64,000 nucleotides of DNA from an uncultured Nitrososphaerota archaeon (GCA_963703285.1 OY969807.1:960001-1024000), one strand, 5' to 3'; numbered from the stretch's first letter, positions 49,101 through 59,409 are shown. The notes: generated from the letters alone by a model not told the origin. Numbers and translations are program-made.

Positions 49101-50156
49101 CTCTCCCTCCGGGAAGCCGAAGCTCTGGGAGAGGTCCTGGACCTTATCCTGGGCGACGATCGCGGCAATGGCCGCGGAAAGCGGGAGGGCGCCGTTCGCG
49201 AAGTACGCGTCTATCGTTGCGCCCGGCGCCATGGAATGCACCGACTCGATATCGAGGCTAATCTCCCCCGTCCAGCCCTCCACAGTGCCGAGGCTCGGAT
49301 TGTAGTTGTCTATCGGGATGACGTTCAGCGGCGAGCTGGGGAGCCCGTTCACCTCGTCGAAGTACTGCAGCTGCTGAGCGATGTACGGGTCACCGTAAAA
49401 GTCGAGTACCCCTGCCGTGAAGCCCTTCCCGTTGTCTCCCTTGGCGTAGAGGGAAGTGGCGTTGTAAACGGACTGAAGGTCCGTGAGAGGATATGCCTCC
49501 AAGGGGGCAGTCTGGTTCGACTGCGCGAGGTGCGAGCGAAGGGCGGAGAGACCGGCCTGGGTAACGAGGTCGGGGGGATGGCTGAGGAGTAGCGCCGTCA
49601 CGTTGGAGGAGTAGACGTATGCCCCGGGAATCGGCGAGACGCCGCTCGCCCCGTAGTAGGAGCTGGTGCCGTTCGAGTACATCTCCATCTGCAACCCAAA
49701 GGCTCTCGTGACCTGCGAGGCTGTTCCCTGGGCTATGATTATCGAGTCGAGGCTGCTGCTCGTTATCGTAAGCCCGCTCTGCTGCAGGAAAGCGACCGCG
49801 GTCTGGTATTGCGAGACCGGGAGGTAGGCCTGGGCCTGGGCCTGCGAGATGAAGTCGTGGTAGAGGGGGGAACCCGGCGTGGAAATCTGCTGTGTGAGGT
49901 ACTCCAGCGATTGCTCGTTCTCGAGCGGTATCCCGATGGTAACGGTCACGGGTGTCGACGGGGGGACCGCGCCCGACGGCTCGAAGCCCGAGAGGACGGT
50001 TGGAACGACCGACGACGACGCCGGAAGGGCCGGGGTCGCAGCCGAAGCCACACGCACCGGCGAAGCCACGAGCATCGAGAACGCGAGAAGGAAGACGACC
50101 GGCAAAACGACGACTAGGGACTTGCGGGAGTTGGGGCCAGCAACAGCCAACGCCAT
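46152..50156 (-). CDS. Membrane-anchored S53 (sedolisin/kumamolisin) acid serine protease
   Basis: Pro-domain STPGSPLYHDF, EISLD, STGDTG, GGTSEASP, GYNLATGWG; C-terminal TM. Confidence 0.93.
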   Translation of the reverse strand: MALAVAGPNSRKSLVVVLPVVFLLAFSMLVASPVRVASAATPALPASSSVVPTVLSGFEPSGAVPPSTPVTVTIGIPLENEQSLEYLTQQISTPGSPLYHDFISQAQAQAYLPVSQYQTAVAFLQQSGLTITSSSLDSIIIAQGTASQVTRAFGLQMEMYSNGTSSYYGASGVSPIPGAYVYSSNVTALLLSHPPDLVTQAGLSALRSHLAQSNQTAPLEAYPLTDLQSVYNATSLYAKGDNGKGFTAGVLDFYGDPYIAQQLQYFDEVNGLPSSPLNVIPIDNYNPSLGTVEGWTGEISLDIESVHSMAPGATIDAYFANGALPLSAAIAAIVAQDKVQDLSQSFGFPEGELSSLGSSSFELNIALTDQYYMLGSALGITFISSTGDTGGSGFSGGPEGTVGYPSTSPYVVAVGGTTTYLTFQGSQVTSSYETAWSNYGFVPDEVNYGGGTGGVSTLEPKPWYQSELTTPPGFPSGREVPDISLNANVYPGVLVVVPGNLTEVVGGTSEASPLFAGLLTLLMASAKSPLGLINPSLYSLAESRSLYSKDFYPITFGYTIPWVAGSGYNLATGWGAPNIGEMAHKGLGAAESNALAVNVTVSESGEQPVDVLAGAVLSVSAVVTNGASAVSTGTFTAELDTLTGTLVTVPLTYSSLTRSWTGEFASPQNASGLAYVTVKGTSGVVSGTGFSVIFAGYLADIISPSPDVAYDTQFGIILAANITTLTGVPVDSGQFSFSAYSYSLTSNTYTKVATTPVIDGFGSYWQGILNGFYPYGPMVFTGNDGVYCYLPIINGVGMQGSFIETSVLAEPGVVAPGQSIFVLASLLPPANIPALVSIETGLSVEYDVEVGSNVTVSLVSQSGVAVATQTLYSNTYLTTTEGIQGALTVPYDTPPGLYNVILSSSFNSFTLGGWVNGSYFGQVYVAPTDTVPRISISPSVQFQGETVAVSAKIDYSNGTAVKYGMYSATVYPSDLQNDYNALTETIQVPLWYQSNTGIWSGNITLPSAYNSGGSVDIDPGTLYITGPYDVFVSGLSADGVPTSTNISTQQGIFIQPYLYISGQDLISLPQGSQVAFSNDVISVPSSLSGDLFQGTNTIEGGTFAVSSSQINGTLYIKNAQVTLMDVTGGTVIAQNSKLTILQSSLQSLQLTGSTVSLNGSTLSSVTPSVPVVSIQTPAENQNYNGATGSFTVSGQQVASVTVYLDGATIATMSGGPSSFSFPLDSGALSLGVHTLSVVATQQDGMSSSTTVVFSAEGKLAAVNNSISSLTSQISSDQGTIGSLKSSVNTLTYGLYGLGLATVLALVVAVISVSRRSAPRAEPNPATPPQPQWSG

Positions 50157-50244
50157 CCGGGCGGGCTCCAAGTTATTTAAGTTTCGACCCAAATCGTAGG
50201 TCTGGACTGGGGAATCCGGACGGCGTCGATCGCCGCAGCACCGG

Positions 50245-51435
50245 TCACCCGACGGTCGAGAGACCGTACTTGCTCCTCAGCAAACGTCCGGAGCGGAATC
50301 TTGAGAGTCGGAACGCTGAGACGTCGTAGTCTCTGAACTCTCCATCAATCACGAGCGAGGCGGAAATCCTCCCGAACTCGGGGCAGAGCTTGAATCCGTG
50401 CCCCGAGAGGCCGATCACGCAGTGCAAGCCAGGGTACCCATATTCGTTTAGCTCGTCGATTATCGGCTGCTGGTCAGGGGTGTTGTCGTACAGCCCGCTG
50501 TATCCGCGCTCGTATCGCCCCTCCGACGCCATGATCGGGTAGGCCTTGGAGGCCCAGCCTGAGTACTTCTCAATCTCCTCAAACCCGATCCCCTCGTCGT
50601 AGGCGTCGGGATTCTCGGGCGGGCTCCTGGCGTCGAGCTCCGCTTCCATGCTCCCGACGAACAGGAGGTTCTGCCCCTCGGCCTTGTAGTAGGCCGACCG
50701 CTGAAAATCGAAGACCGCGGGGCGTATGCCCCGGAACCCTTCAGGACGCAGGTATATTGCTACGGGGTGCCTGACCGGCTTTATCGGCAAGGAGATTCCC
50801 AGCTTGGCGAATATGGGAACCGACCAGACACCGGTCGAGAGGAGGACCTTCCTCGCCTCCACTCTGCCCCTGTTGGTCAACAGCGAGTAGCCTCCATCCG
50901 ACTTCGAGATGCTGACCAGGGAGGTCTCTGTTAGGATCCTCGCACCAAGCCCCAATGCTGCAGAGGCGAAGGCGTTAGCAGTCGTGGACGGCTCCGCGTA
51001 ACCCATCTGCGGCTCGTAGACCAAGGAGCTGAATTCGCTAGCATCAAGCTGGGGCTCGATCCTTCTGGCTTCGCCTTTGTCGACGAAGTCTGACGCGATT
51101 CCCATGTCGTGAAACATCCGGAGGCTCTCGCGCACCAGCCCCTCCGAGCCCTCGTCCACGCCTATCAGCAATCCGGTCTCCCTGTAACCGGCGCTGAAGC
51201 CGGGCACGAGCTTCTCGAAGTCTCGGAAGAACCTGTAGCTCAGCAGCGCCATACGTGCGACGACCGGCACGGTGTAGTGGGTCCTAACCAGAGCCGTGGA
51301 TCTGCTGGTCTGCCCCGAGGCTATGCCAGACCCGCGCTCGATTAGCAGCGGGGAGGACGCGCCCTCACGTGCGAGGTGGTACAGGATGCTCGAGCCGGTG
51401 GAGCCACCGCCTACCACCACGACTTCTGCTCGCAT
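50245..51435 (-). CDS. FAD-dependent oxidoreductase (DAO/sarcosine oxidase beta family)
   Basis: VVGGGSTG, GQTSRS, YDNTPDQQPII, GLSGHGFK. Confidence 0.9.
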   Translation of the reverse strand: MRAEVVVVGGGSTGSSILYHLAREGASSPLLIERGSGIASGQTSRSTALVRTHYTVPVVARMALLSYRFFRDFEKLVPGFSAGYRETGLLIGVDEGSEGLVRESLRMFHDMGIASDFVDKGEARRIEPQLDASEFSSLVYEPQMGYAEPSTTANAFASAALGLGARILTETSLVSISKSDGGYSLLTNRGRVEARKVLLSTGVWSVPIFAKLGISLPIKPVRHPVAIYLRPEGFRGIRPAVFDFQRSAYYKAEGQNLLFVGSMEAELDARSPPENPDAYDEGIGFEEIEKYSGWASKAYPIMASEGRYERGYSGLYDNTPDQQPIIDELNEYGYPGLHCVIGLSGHGFKLCPEFGRISASLVIDGEFRDYDVSAFRLSRFRSGRLLRSKYGLSTVG

Positions 51436-51447
51436 GGCGGGCTTGGC

Positions 51448-52251
51448 CTAGGCAGGTATCGGTGCGCCCTTGGCCTGGTCGAACATCTCGGAGGCCTCCT
51501 TGACCGTCGCACCTTCATGGACGATGGCCCTGATGGCCCTTATCATCGCGACGGGATGGTCGTTCTGCCAGATGTTCCTGCCCATGTCTACGCCAATGGC
51601 TCCGTACTGGAGGGCGTCGTGGGCGAGCTGGAAGGCGTCAACCTCCGTCTCCAGTTTCGGACCTCCGGCGACGACCAGTGGCACCGGACAGCCCTCGACT
51701 ACCTTCGCGAAGCCTTCACAATAGTAGGTCTTGACGACGTGCGCTCCTATCTCCGCCGAGACCCTGCACGCGAGGGCCAGGTACCTTGCGTCCCGCTTCT
51801 CGAGCTCCTTGCCGACCGCGGTGATCGCCATGACTGGCATGCCTCTCTCCTCACCCTCGTCCACGAGCTTGGCAAGGTTGAGCAGCGTCTGCCTCTCGTG
51901 GGCTGTCCCCACGAACACCGATATCGAGACCGCGGAGGCGTTCAGTCGGAGCGCGTCCTTCATGCTCACGGTGATTCCCTCGTCGCTGAGGTCCTGCTGG
52001 AGCACGCTCGTCCCGCCCGAGACCCGCAGGAGTATAGGAACATCCCAGTTGGGGTCCACCGATGTCCTCAGGATGCCCCTGGTGACGGAGAGGGCGTCGG
52101 CGTACCGCACCAACGGCTCGAAGGTCCGTCTGGGAACCTCCAGTCTGCGCGTCGGGCCCATGAAGTAGCCGTGGTCGCAGGCCAGCATAACGGACCGTCC
52201 ATCGGCGGGCTTGATCATGCGTCCTAGCCTGTTCTTCAGGCCCCAATCCAT
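51448..52251 (-). CDS. lsrF: LsrF-like class I aldolase/thiolase
   Basis: MDWGLKNRL, MLACDHGYFMGPT, VVKTYY, AGGPK, GVDMGRNIWQ. Confidence 0.88.
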   Translation of the reverse strand: MDWGLKNRLGRMIKPADGRSVMLACDHGYFMGPTRRLEVPRRTFEPLVRYADALSVTRGILRTSVDPNWDVPILLRVSGGTSVLQQDLSDEGITVSMKDALRLNASAVSISVFVGTAHERQTLLNLAKLVDEGEERGMPVMAITAVGKELEKRDARYLALACRVSAEIGAHVVKTYYCEGFAKVVEGCPVPLVVAGGPKLETEVDAFQLAHDALQYGAIGVDMGRNIWQNDHPVAMIRAIRAIVHEGATVKEASEMFDQAKGAPIPA

Positions 52252-52393
52252 CTTTACACTTGCACCTTCGAAGCAAAATCGAACCTAGGCGATATATGTC
52301 CTTCGTTTTCCCGCCTCACGGGACCGCGAGGGCAGGTCCGGCGGGGCGCTTTCGCTTCGCCTTGGACCGACAACAATAAACGAAAGGAGAGAC

Positions 52394-53398
52394 GTGGAAG
52401 GCGCAAGCATGGCTGCTGCTGCGAAACGGCGCAAGTCTGCTGCGACCGCTAGGGAGGAGAGCGTCAACGCGCGAATCACGGAGGCTGAATTCGACACTCT
52501 GTTCCACGATGTGTCGAACTGGGGCCGGTGGGGCGAGGGCGACGAGAGGGGGACACTCAACTACCTGACACCCGGCCTCATCAAGAGCGCCGCAATGCTC
52601 GTACGGTCCGGGCGGACGGTCTCTATGTCCAGGCCCATCGACACGGTCTCGGCGGCGGACAACCCAAAGCCGGCCATCCACCACATGACGCAGGGCTTCG
52701 ACGCCCTCTCCGATTCGGGAGAGCCGAAGTTCGTCTCGGATTTCTTGGGGTGCGAGTGTCACGGGTATGCGCATTCCCACATGGACGCCCTCTGTCACGT
52801 GGCCTACAAGGGAAGGCTCTACAACAACAGGGCTCTCTCGATCGTAACGACCAAGGGGGCCAAGGAGATGGACATCACGCAGTATGCCGACGGGGTGGTC
52901 GGGCGCGGCGTGCTTCTGGACATGCCCAAGCTCAGAGGATATCGATGGCTCGAGCCCGGGGACGCCGTAACCTCAGAGGACCTGGAGTCGGCCGAGAGGG
53001 CCGAGGGGGTGAGACTGGGCGAAGGAGACCTCATGGTGTTCAGGACGGGGCTACCCCTTCGGCGCAAGGAGCTCGGACGGTGGGACACGGACCACGGGGG
53101 ACAAGGCAGGGCGGGGCTCCACCCGACCGCGATGCGACTCCTCCACGACAGAAAGATAGCGGCGTTTCTCTCTGATGGTGACGGGGAGACGGTCCCGGGT
53201 TCGGTCGAAGGCGTGGCGCACCCTGTCCACGCGCTGCAAATCTGCGCCATGGGCCTCGCCTGCGTCGACGGCCTGCAACTCGAGGAGGTCGCGCGGGTCT
53301 GCGAGGAGCGAAAGAGCTGGGAGTTCACGGTCTCCCTCGCCCCCCTGAGGCTTCCTCGTGGGACCGGATCTCTGGTCAATCCGATAGCAATCTTCTGA
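52394..53398 (+). CDS. Cyclase (kynurenine formamidase-like) family metallohydrolase
   Basis: SNWGRWG..DERGTLN, HSHMDALCH, GRGVLLD, GTGSLVNPIAIF. Confidence 0.9.
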   Translation: MEGASMAAAAKRRKSAATAREESVNARITEAEFDTLFHDVSNWGRWGEGDERGTLNYLTPGLIKSAAMLVRSGRTVSMSRPIDTVSAADNPKPAIHHMTQGFDALSDSGEPKFVSDFLGCECHGYAHSHMDALCHVAYKGRLYNNRALSIVTTKGAKEMDITQYADGVVGRGVLLDMPKLRGYRWLEPGDAVTSEDLESAERAEGVRLGEGDLMVFRTGLPLRRKELGRWDTDHGGQGRAGLHPTAMRLLHDRKIAAFLSDGDGETVPGSVEGVAHPVHALQICAMGLACVDGLQLEEVARVCEERKSWEFTVSLAPLRLPRGTGSLVNPIAIF

Positions 53399-53489
53399 AC
53401 GAGAAGGGCCGCTCTCGGGGCCGGAGCGGGGGCAGCCCCGCTGCGGAAGACTAAAGAACGAATCCGGGTGGGTCAGGCACAGATCGAGG

Positions 53490-54395
53490 GTGAGCGCGTC
53501 CAAGGTCTCCGACCATGTCTACATGATCGACACCGTCGCGCTTGGCTTCCCGGGGACGGTGGCAGCCTACCTTCTGAAGGGGTCCAAGCTCGCGCTCGTG
53601 GACTGCGGCTACGCGACCTCCGCCGAGACCGTGCTGGAGGCGCTCAGGGCCATCGGAGTCGCCCCCTCAGAGGTGGACTACCTCATCCCCACGCACGTCC
53701 ACCTGGACCACGCCGGCGCTGCCGGGTTCCTCATCAGGCACATGCCCAGGGCGACCGTCATCGCCCAGGAGCGCGGGGTTCCACATCTAGTCGACCCTAC
53801 GCGATTGATTAAGAGCGCGACGAGTGTCTTCGGCGAGGCAACCATCGACACCTATGGAAGGCCGATCGGCATCGACGAGCGGAGGATCGTCTCTGTGGGG
53901 GAGGAGCTGCACATCGACCTGGGCGGTCTCTCGTTCACGGCGCTCCACTCGCCAGGGCACGCGCCGCATCAGATGTCAATCTTCGTCGAGGGCGAGAGGG
54001 TCCTCGTCTCGGCGGATGCCGTCGGGATAGTCTATCCGAACGTGCCGATCCTCATCCCGACGACCCCCCCGCCTAGCCTAGACCCCTTGGAGCTAGCCCG
54101 CACTACGGAGAAGCTCGGCCAGCTCGATGCGCAGACCCTGCTCGCGCCGCACTTCGGGGTGCGGAAGGACGTCCGGGAGGTCCTCGAAGCAACGAGAAAG
54201 AAGACCGGGGAGTGGGTCGCGACGGTGAGGTCGCTGAGGGCTTCGGGCCGCACGCTCGACGAGGTGGCAGCGGCGCTGAGAAGCGAGGTTGCCGAGGCAT
54301 CGGGGGTGAGGGAGGAAAGCCTCCCGGCCTACGCGGACGTCTCCATAAGGGCGAGTGCCATGGGAATCCTGCACTACCTCGAGAAGAACCCCTAG
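53490..54395 (+). CDS. MBL-fold metallohydrolase
   Basis: THVHLDHAG, SPGHAPH, APHFG. Confidence 0.93.
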   Translation: MSASKVSDHVYMIDTVALGFPGTVAAYLLKGSKLALVDCGYATSAETVLEALRAIGVAPSEVDYLIPTHVHLDHAGAAGFLIRHMPRATVIAQERGVPHLVDPTRLIKSATSVFGEATIDTYGRPIGIDERRIVSVGEELHIDLGGLSFTALHSPGHAPHQMSIFVEGERVLVSADAVGIVYPNVPILIPTTPPPSLDPLELARTTEKLGQLDAQTLLAPHFGVRKDVREVLEATRKKTGEWVATVRSLRASGRTLDEVAAALRSEVAEASGVREESLPAYADVSIRASAMGILHYLEKNP

Positions 54396-54544
54396 GATGT
54401 ACCTCCTCCTGCCTCGGTTCCGGCAGAAGCCGGTGAACTGGCACGACCGCCTCTGCATGCGACTTGGTCGGCGATTGCGGCTGCTCTCTTTCGCTCGGAT
54501 GGCCCCTAGAGAACTTTAAGAGACTTTTCAGGAGTGCAGGGGTC

Positions 54545-55066
54545 ATGGTCACTGACAGGAAGTTCGCCGCCTTCAGCAACAAGGCAGTCCCCCCGAGGAT
54601 GAAGAAGATGCCCGAGGGCGGAATGTGCATCTCCGCGTTCGTGATTGTCTCCAAGCGAAGCGACCCAGAGAGCGTCCTCATGGGGAAGATAGACAAGAAC
54701 GGGAACTGGGACCACATAGGCGCGCTGGACTCGAAGAGGGTGGAGCGACTCAGCGGCGGTTGGATGCTTCCCTCTTCGCACCTGATGCTCTACGAGACAC
54801 CCGAGGGGGCGGCGAGGAGAATCCTCAGGGAACAGCTGGGCATAAGGGACATGAGGCTCGACGGCCCGCTTACGTTCGTCGACACCTCAGGGACCGAGAA
54901 TCACTGGGACATTGGGTTCATCTACGCCGGCACCCGAGACTCTCCGCCGAAGAGCCCAGCCTGGCGCGAACTCCGCTTCGTCAACCCCAACGAGCTTGGA
55001 GCGGACGATGTGGTCCGTTCGCAGATCGACGTCCTGGCGTACGCAGGCAAGCGGAAGACACAGTAA
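54545..55066 (+). CDS. NUDIX-fold protein with degenerate box
   Basis: WMLPSSHL..YETPEGAARRILREQLG. Confidence 0.75.
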   Translation: MVTDRKFAAFSNKAVPPRMKKMPEGGMCISAFVIVSKRSDPESVLMGKIDKNGNWDHIGALDSKRVERLSGGWMLPSSHLMLYETPEGAARRILREQLGIRDMRLDGPLTFVDTSGTENHWDIGFIYAGTRDSPPKSPAWRELRFVNPNELGADDVVRSQIDVLAYAGKRKTQ

Positions 55067-55135
55067 GACTCCCGGTAAGAGCCTAGTCCAGAAGGTGCGG
55101 GGATCCCACGTTATCAGTGGGATCCGACGGGTGGC

Positions 55136-56810
55136 CTACTCGAAGTCGCCGCCGCCCATGCCGCCCATCCCTCCCGCTCCGGGAGGTGGGCCGGACGGAC
55201 CCTTGGACTTGCCGGACGCTATGACGTCGTCAATCCTCAGGATCATGCAGGCAGCCTCTGTGGCAGACCTGATTATCTGCTCCTTGACTGCGAGAGGCTC
55301 GACCACCGATTCCCTGTGCATGTCCATTACCTTGCCTTGCTTGGCCTCTATGCCGAACCACTTCCCACCCTCCTGCGCGTGCTTCGCCCTTATCTCGACC
55401 ATGGTGTCGATGGGGTCTAGGCCCGCGTTGGTCAGCAAGCGCGACGGGGATCGTCTCCAGCGCCTCCGCGAACTTCTGTGCGGCTAGCTGTTCCCTGCCG
55501 GAGAGTGTGTCGGTCCACTTCAGAATCCTCGCAGCCATCTCGGCCTCGGGGGCGCCTCCTCCGGCCACTATCGCTGGCTTCTCGATGACGTCCTTGGTCA
55601 CCATGAGTGCGTCGTGCAGAGAGCGCTCCGCCTCATCCACGATTCTCTGCGTTCCACCCCTCACCACGATGGTGACCGCCTTGGGGTTCTTCGTCCCTTC
55701 GATGAAGACCCACTTGTCCTGTTCTATCTTCCGCTCCTCTACCAGATCGGCGTGACCGAGGTCCTTCTCCGAGAGATCCTCGAAGTTGTTTGCGATGCGA
55801 GCTCCTGTCGCCTTTGCTAGGTTAGTCATGTCGCTCTCCTTCACGCGCCTGACGGCGAGAATCCCGGCCTTGGCGAGGTAGTGCTGGGCGACGTCGTCCA
55901 GCCCCTTCTGGCAGATGAGCACGTTCGCCCCGATGGAGACGACCTTGTCGACCATCTCCTTTAGCATGTGCGTCTCCTCGTCTAGGAACTTCTTCATCAT
56001 CGACGGGTCGTTGATGTTCAGCTTTGCGTCGAACTCGGTCTTCTCTATCTCGAAGGCGGCGTTGACTATGGCGATCTTGGCGCCCTCGATGCGCTTCGGC
56101 ATGCCCGAGTGCGCGACCTCCTTGTCCAGGACGAAGCCCATGATCAGCTTGGTGTCCTTGAGGGAGCCTCCGGGCTTCTTCTCGACCTTCACGTTGCTGA
56201 TGTCGACCTTGTACCCGGTGCCCGACTTCTCGGAGACCTGTGTCGCCGCTGCGACGACGAGCTCAGCGAGGTCCTGGGCCTCCCGTGAGACCAGCTTGGT
56301 CTGCATGCTGGTCCGCGCGATCTTGACCAGCCATTCCTTGTTGGTAGGGGAGACCTTCTCCGCGAAGTCCCCCAAAAATTCGACCGCCTTACGGGCGGCC
56401 TTGTTGTAGCCTTCGACGATGACCGTGGGATGAACGCCCTTGTCGATGAGCTCCTCCGCCTTCTCCAGGAGCGCTCCCGCGAGTATCACCGCGGAGGTAG
56501 TGCCGTCGCCGACCTCGTTGTCGGTCGCCTTGGAGACCTCTACGAGCATCTTGGCGGCTGGGTGCTGGACGTCGATCTCCTTGAGCATCGTCGCGCCGTC
56601 GTTGGTGATGGTGACGTCGCCGAGCGAGTCGACTAGCATCTTGTCCATACCGCGGGGTCCTACCGAGGTCTTTACGATCTCGGCGATCAGCTTAGCAGCC
56701 TGAATGTTGTTCCTCTGAGCTTCCTTGCCCTTCGACTGGTTGCTCCCCTCCTTCAGTATGAGAATGGGAGTGCCGCCAGATGTCATGGCAGGAATGGCCG
56801 TTGTTGACAT
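55136..56810 (-). CDS. ths: Thermosome (group II chaperonin) subunit, +1 frameshift near 55435
   Basis: [27 protein letters not shown]; C-terminus (NAGLDP...[13 protein letters not shown]) in the next frame. Confidence 0.95.
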
Positions 56811-56834
56811 ATTTTCCTATAACACCACGCCAAC

Positions 56835-56860
56835 TATACAACTTCGAGTTGTATATAAAA
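56835..56860. promoter_or_regulatory. Perfect 9-bp-arm inverted repeat abutting the thermosome TATA box
   Basis: TATACAACT-TCG-AGTTGTATA; TTTTATATA on the minus strand. Confidence 0.7.
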
Positions 56861-56947
56861 AATTCGGATTCCGGGACGCTCGGGCTGCCGGGACGAGCGC
56901 AGGGACGAGCGGGAAACTAATAATCATCGACCCCGGGCCACCCTACC

Positions 56948-58249
56948 TTGAGCTTCGGGTCTGCCCAGTCTTACGTCGCGCTCGCGATATTCGTCGCGAC
57001 GTACGCCGGTCTCGTCCTGAGGAACGTTCGAAGAACCGCAGTCCCAATCTGGCTGATCTTCCTCGCCGGCGCCGCGGCGATGGTCCTCTCCGGCTCGATC
57101 ACCGTCGGTGGGGCGTACGCGGCGGTGAACCTGCAGGTGATCGTCTTCCTCTTCAGCATGTTCGTTCTCGTGACGGCCCTCGACATGTCGGGGGCGCTGG
57201 AGGGCTTTGCCGCGAGGTTCCTGAGGAGAGCGAGACGACCGGAGGACGTCCTCTACCTGAGCTTCTTTGCGTTCGCATTCCTCTCAATGGCACTGATGAA
57301 CGACACCCTAGCCCTGATGGGGACGCCGATCATGATAACCCTAGCCAAGAGGATGAGGATGCCTGTCGCGCCGCTCCTGCTCTGCCTGGCATTCGCCGTC
57401 ACGATTGGCAGCGCCGCAACGCCGATGGGAAATCCGCAGAACCTTCTCATCGCGGTCTCGAGCGGCCTTGACGCGCCGGTTCTGCAGTTCGCGTACTACC
57501 TCCTGGTGCCTGTGCTCCTCGATATGGTCGCGACGGCTCTCATCCTGAGGTACATGTTCCGGCGCGAACTCGCCTCGGCCTCGCTCCCGGTGTCGGATGC
57601 TCCCGATGAGCTCCGGGTCGGAAGCGGAGACAAATCCCTCGCGAGGAAGGCCATCGCCGTGGTCGTCCTGACGTTGTCGGGGATCCTTCTCGTCAACACC
57701 GTCTCGGCCTTCGGCATCAGCGAGCCCTTCGGGATAAGCGAGGTATCGTTCTTCGGCGCAGTGCTGCTGCTTGGGATAAGCGGGCTCCCGCGAGAAATCC
57801 TGGAACGGCTAGACTGGGGGATTCTTGTAATGTTCGCCGGGCTCTTCATCCTCATGCAGGCCGTCTCGGATAACGGCATCATCTCCTCGATAGCCGGATA
57901 TCTTCCCTCCATCAGCCCTGGCCATCCCGCAGCCGCGGTCTCGTCGATACTCGCTTCATCGGTCGTCCTGAGCCAGGTTCTCAGCAACGTCCCCATGGTC
58001 GCTTTGTACATACCCATAATGAAATCGCTCGGTTTCGGTGGGGGAGCGGCCTTCGCCTGGTCGGCCCTCGCCGGCGGCAGCACTCTCGCGGGCAACCTCA
58101 CGCTCCTCGGGGCTGCGAGCAATCTGATAATCGCACAGGTCGCCGAGAAGCGCGGCCACCGGTTCGGCTTCCTGGAGTTCATGAGGGTAGGCGTCATAAT
58201 CACGATCGTCGATGTCGGAATCCTCTACGCCTACCTGCTCGTCGTCTGA
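56948..58249 (+). CDS. ArsB/NhaD/SLC13-superfamily anion permease
   Basis: LMNDT, IGSAATPMGNPQN, LSNVP, LAGNLTLLGAASN. Confidence 0.9.
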   Translation: MSFGSAQSYVALAIFVATYAGLVLRNVRRTAVPIWLIFLAGAAAMVLSGSITVGGAYAAVNLQVIVFLFSMFVLVTALDMSGALEGFAARFLRRARRPEDVLYLSFFAFAFLSMALMNDTLALMGTPIMITLAKRMRMPVAPLLLCLAFAVTIGSAATPMGNPQNLLIAVSSGLDAPVLQFAYYLLVPVLLDMVATALILRYMFRRELASASLPVSDAPDELRVGSGDKSLARKAIAVVVLTLSGILLVNTVSAFGISEPFGISEVSFFGAVLLLGISGLPREILERLDWGILVMFAGLFILMQAVSDNGIISSIAGYLPSISPGHPAAAVSSILASSVVLSQVLSNVPMVALYIPIMKSLGFGGGAAFAWSALAGGSTLAGNLTLLGAASNLIIAQVAEKRGHRFGFLEFMRVGVIITIVDVGILYAYLLVV

Positions 58250-58265
58250 AACTCGCCCCGAGGGC

Positions 58266-58547
58266 TCACTTTTCGCGCTTCTCAATCTCACCCGCCAGCT
58301 TGAGGTCCAGCGGGGTGATGCCACCTTCGTCGTGGGTCTGAATCTCAAGCCGGACCGTCGTCCACCTGATGTGGATATCGGGATGGTGGTCCATCTTCTC
58401 GGCTATGGCGGCGACCTCGTTCACGAACCGGATGCCATCCATGAACTCCTCGAATTGGAACTCCTTCACTATGAAGTTGCCCCTCCTCTTCCATCCCGGC
58501 AGGTTGCGAATCTTCCTGTCGACCTCCGCGGCTTTCAGCTTGGTCAT
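58266..58547 (-). CDS. Pterin-4-alpha-carbinolamine dehydratase
   Basis: AEKMDHHPDI, THDEGGIT..D. Confidence 0.92.
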   Translation of the reverse strand: MTKLKAAEVDRKIRNLPGWKRRGNFIVKEFQFEEFMDGIRFVNEVAAIAEKMDHHPDIHIRWTTVRLEIQTHDEGGITPLDLKLAGEIEKREK

Positions 58548-58603
58548 CACCCGCACTTCTGGGCGCCGGAGATTAAAGGGATGCGCCGTGGTCGGCTCTC
58601 GTT

Positions 58604-58996
58604 TTGAGCGGAAGGACAATCGCTCTTGACTCGGCACGATTAACGGGCCCCGGTGAGCCTGTTCCCGTGAAAGATAGAGCGAGGCTAGCGAAGGCCATGG
58701 TCGGCTCCGTCTCCAGAAGGTCGGACGACCTCGTCGGCGCGTCGGCCGCTCTGGGTGACCCTGGGACGAGGGAGGCACTGAGGTCGGTAGTCGCGCCGCC
58801 AAACATCACGAAGACGCTCAGGAACGCGGGTGTTGTCCTGCTCATAGCGCCAGACCCCATCACAGGAATCGGGGGGGCCGCGCTCCTGGGAGCGTCCTAT
58901 GCCACGAAGCGTGGGGAGCCCGCAAACCTGCAGTCCTTGGCGAGAGAGGCGGCGAAGACCGCCCAGATTGTCCGCGACCTGCAGTCTCTTCTCTGA
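58604..58996 (+). CDS. Hypothetical protein
   Basis: LRNAGVVLLIAPDPITGIGGAALL hydrophobic hairpin. Confidence 0.6.
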   Translation: MSGRTIALDSARLTGPGEPVPVKDRARLAKAMVGSVSRRSDDLVGASAALGDPGTREALRSVVAPPNITKTLRNAGVVLLIAPDPITGIGGAALLGASYATKRGEPANLQSLAREAAKTAQIVRDLQSLL

Positions 58997-59046
58997 CCTC
59001 CAGACAATTCTTAAGAAGACCGCGGTAGATTCCCCTGCAGTCGTCC

Positions 59047-59349
59047 ATGGACGTGAAACCGAGCAAGGGGTTGAAGGTGAAGGTCAGCGCGACGCGGGAA
59101 GCAGTCTTCGGGGAAGACGGGGTGGAGGTTAAGAAGGTCTCGACGCACGCGGGTGGGAAGGCCTCAGGGGCGATGACGGGGCGGACGCTGGTCGGGTACG
59201 CCGAGGTCGAGATGGCGCAACCCGACGGTAGCAAGCACTGGTATCCGGTCGACCAGCTCTTGACCGAGAACGGCGACAGGGTGGTCGAGGAGGAGATACC
59301 CATCCAGGTCGAGGAAGACGGCTCCGATGGCGCGGAAGAGGAAGAATGA
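59047..59349 (+). CDS. Hypothetical protein with acidic tail
   Basis: Host-like codon usage; TTCTTAAG box upstream. Confidence 0.7.
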   Translation: MDVKPSKGLKVKVSATREAVFGEDGVEVKKVSTHAGGKASGAMTGRTLVGYAEVEMAQPDGSKHWYPVDQLLTENGDRVVEEEIPIQVEEDGSDGAEEEE

Positions 59350-59409
59350 ATCCGTGATGACGAGAGAGGGCCCATAACCTAAAATCTGGTCTCGGCGCTG
59401 CAAAGGCGC

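Noticed and set aside
51448-52251. AI-2 quorum-sensing system implied by lsrF
   Set aside because: No lsrK, lsrG or lsrACDB nearby; a stand-alone aldolase-family gene.
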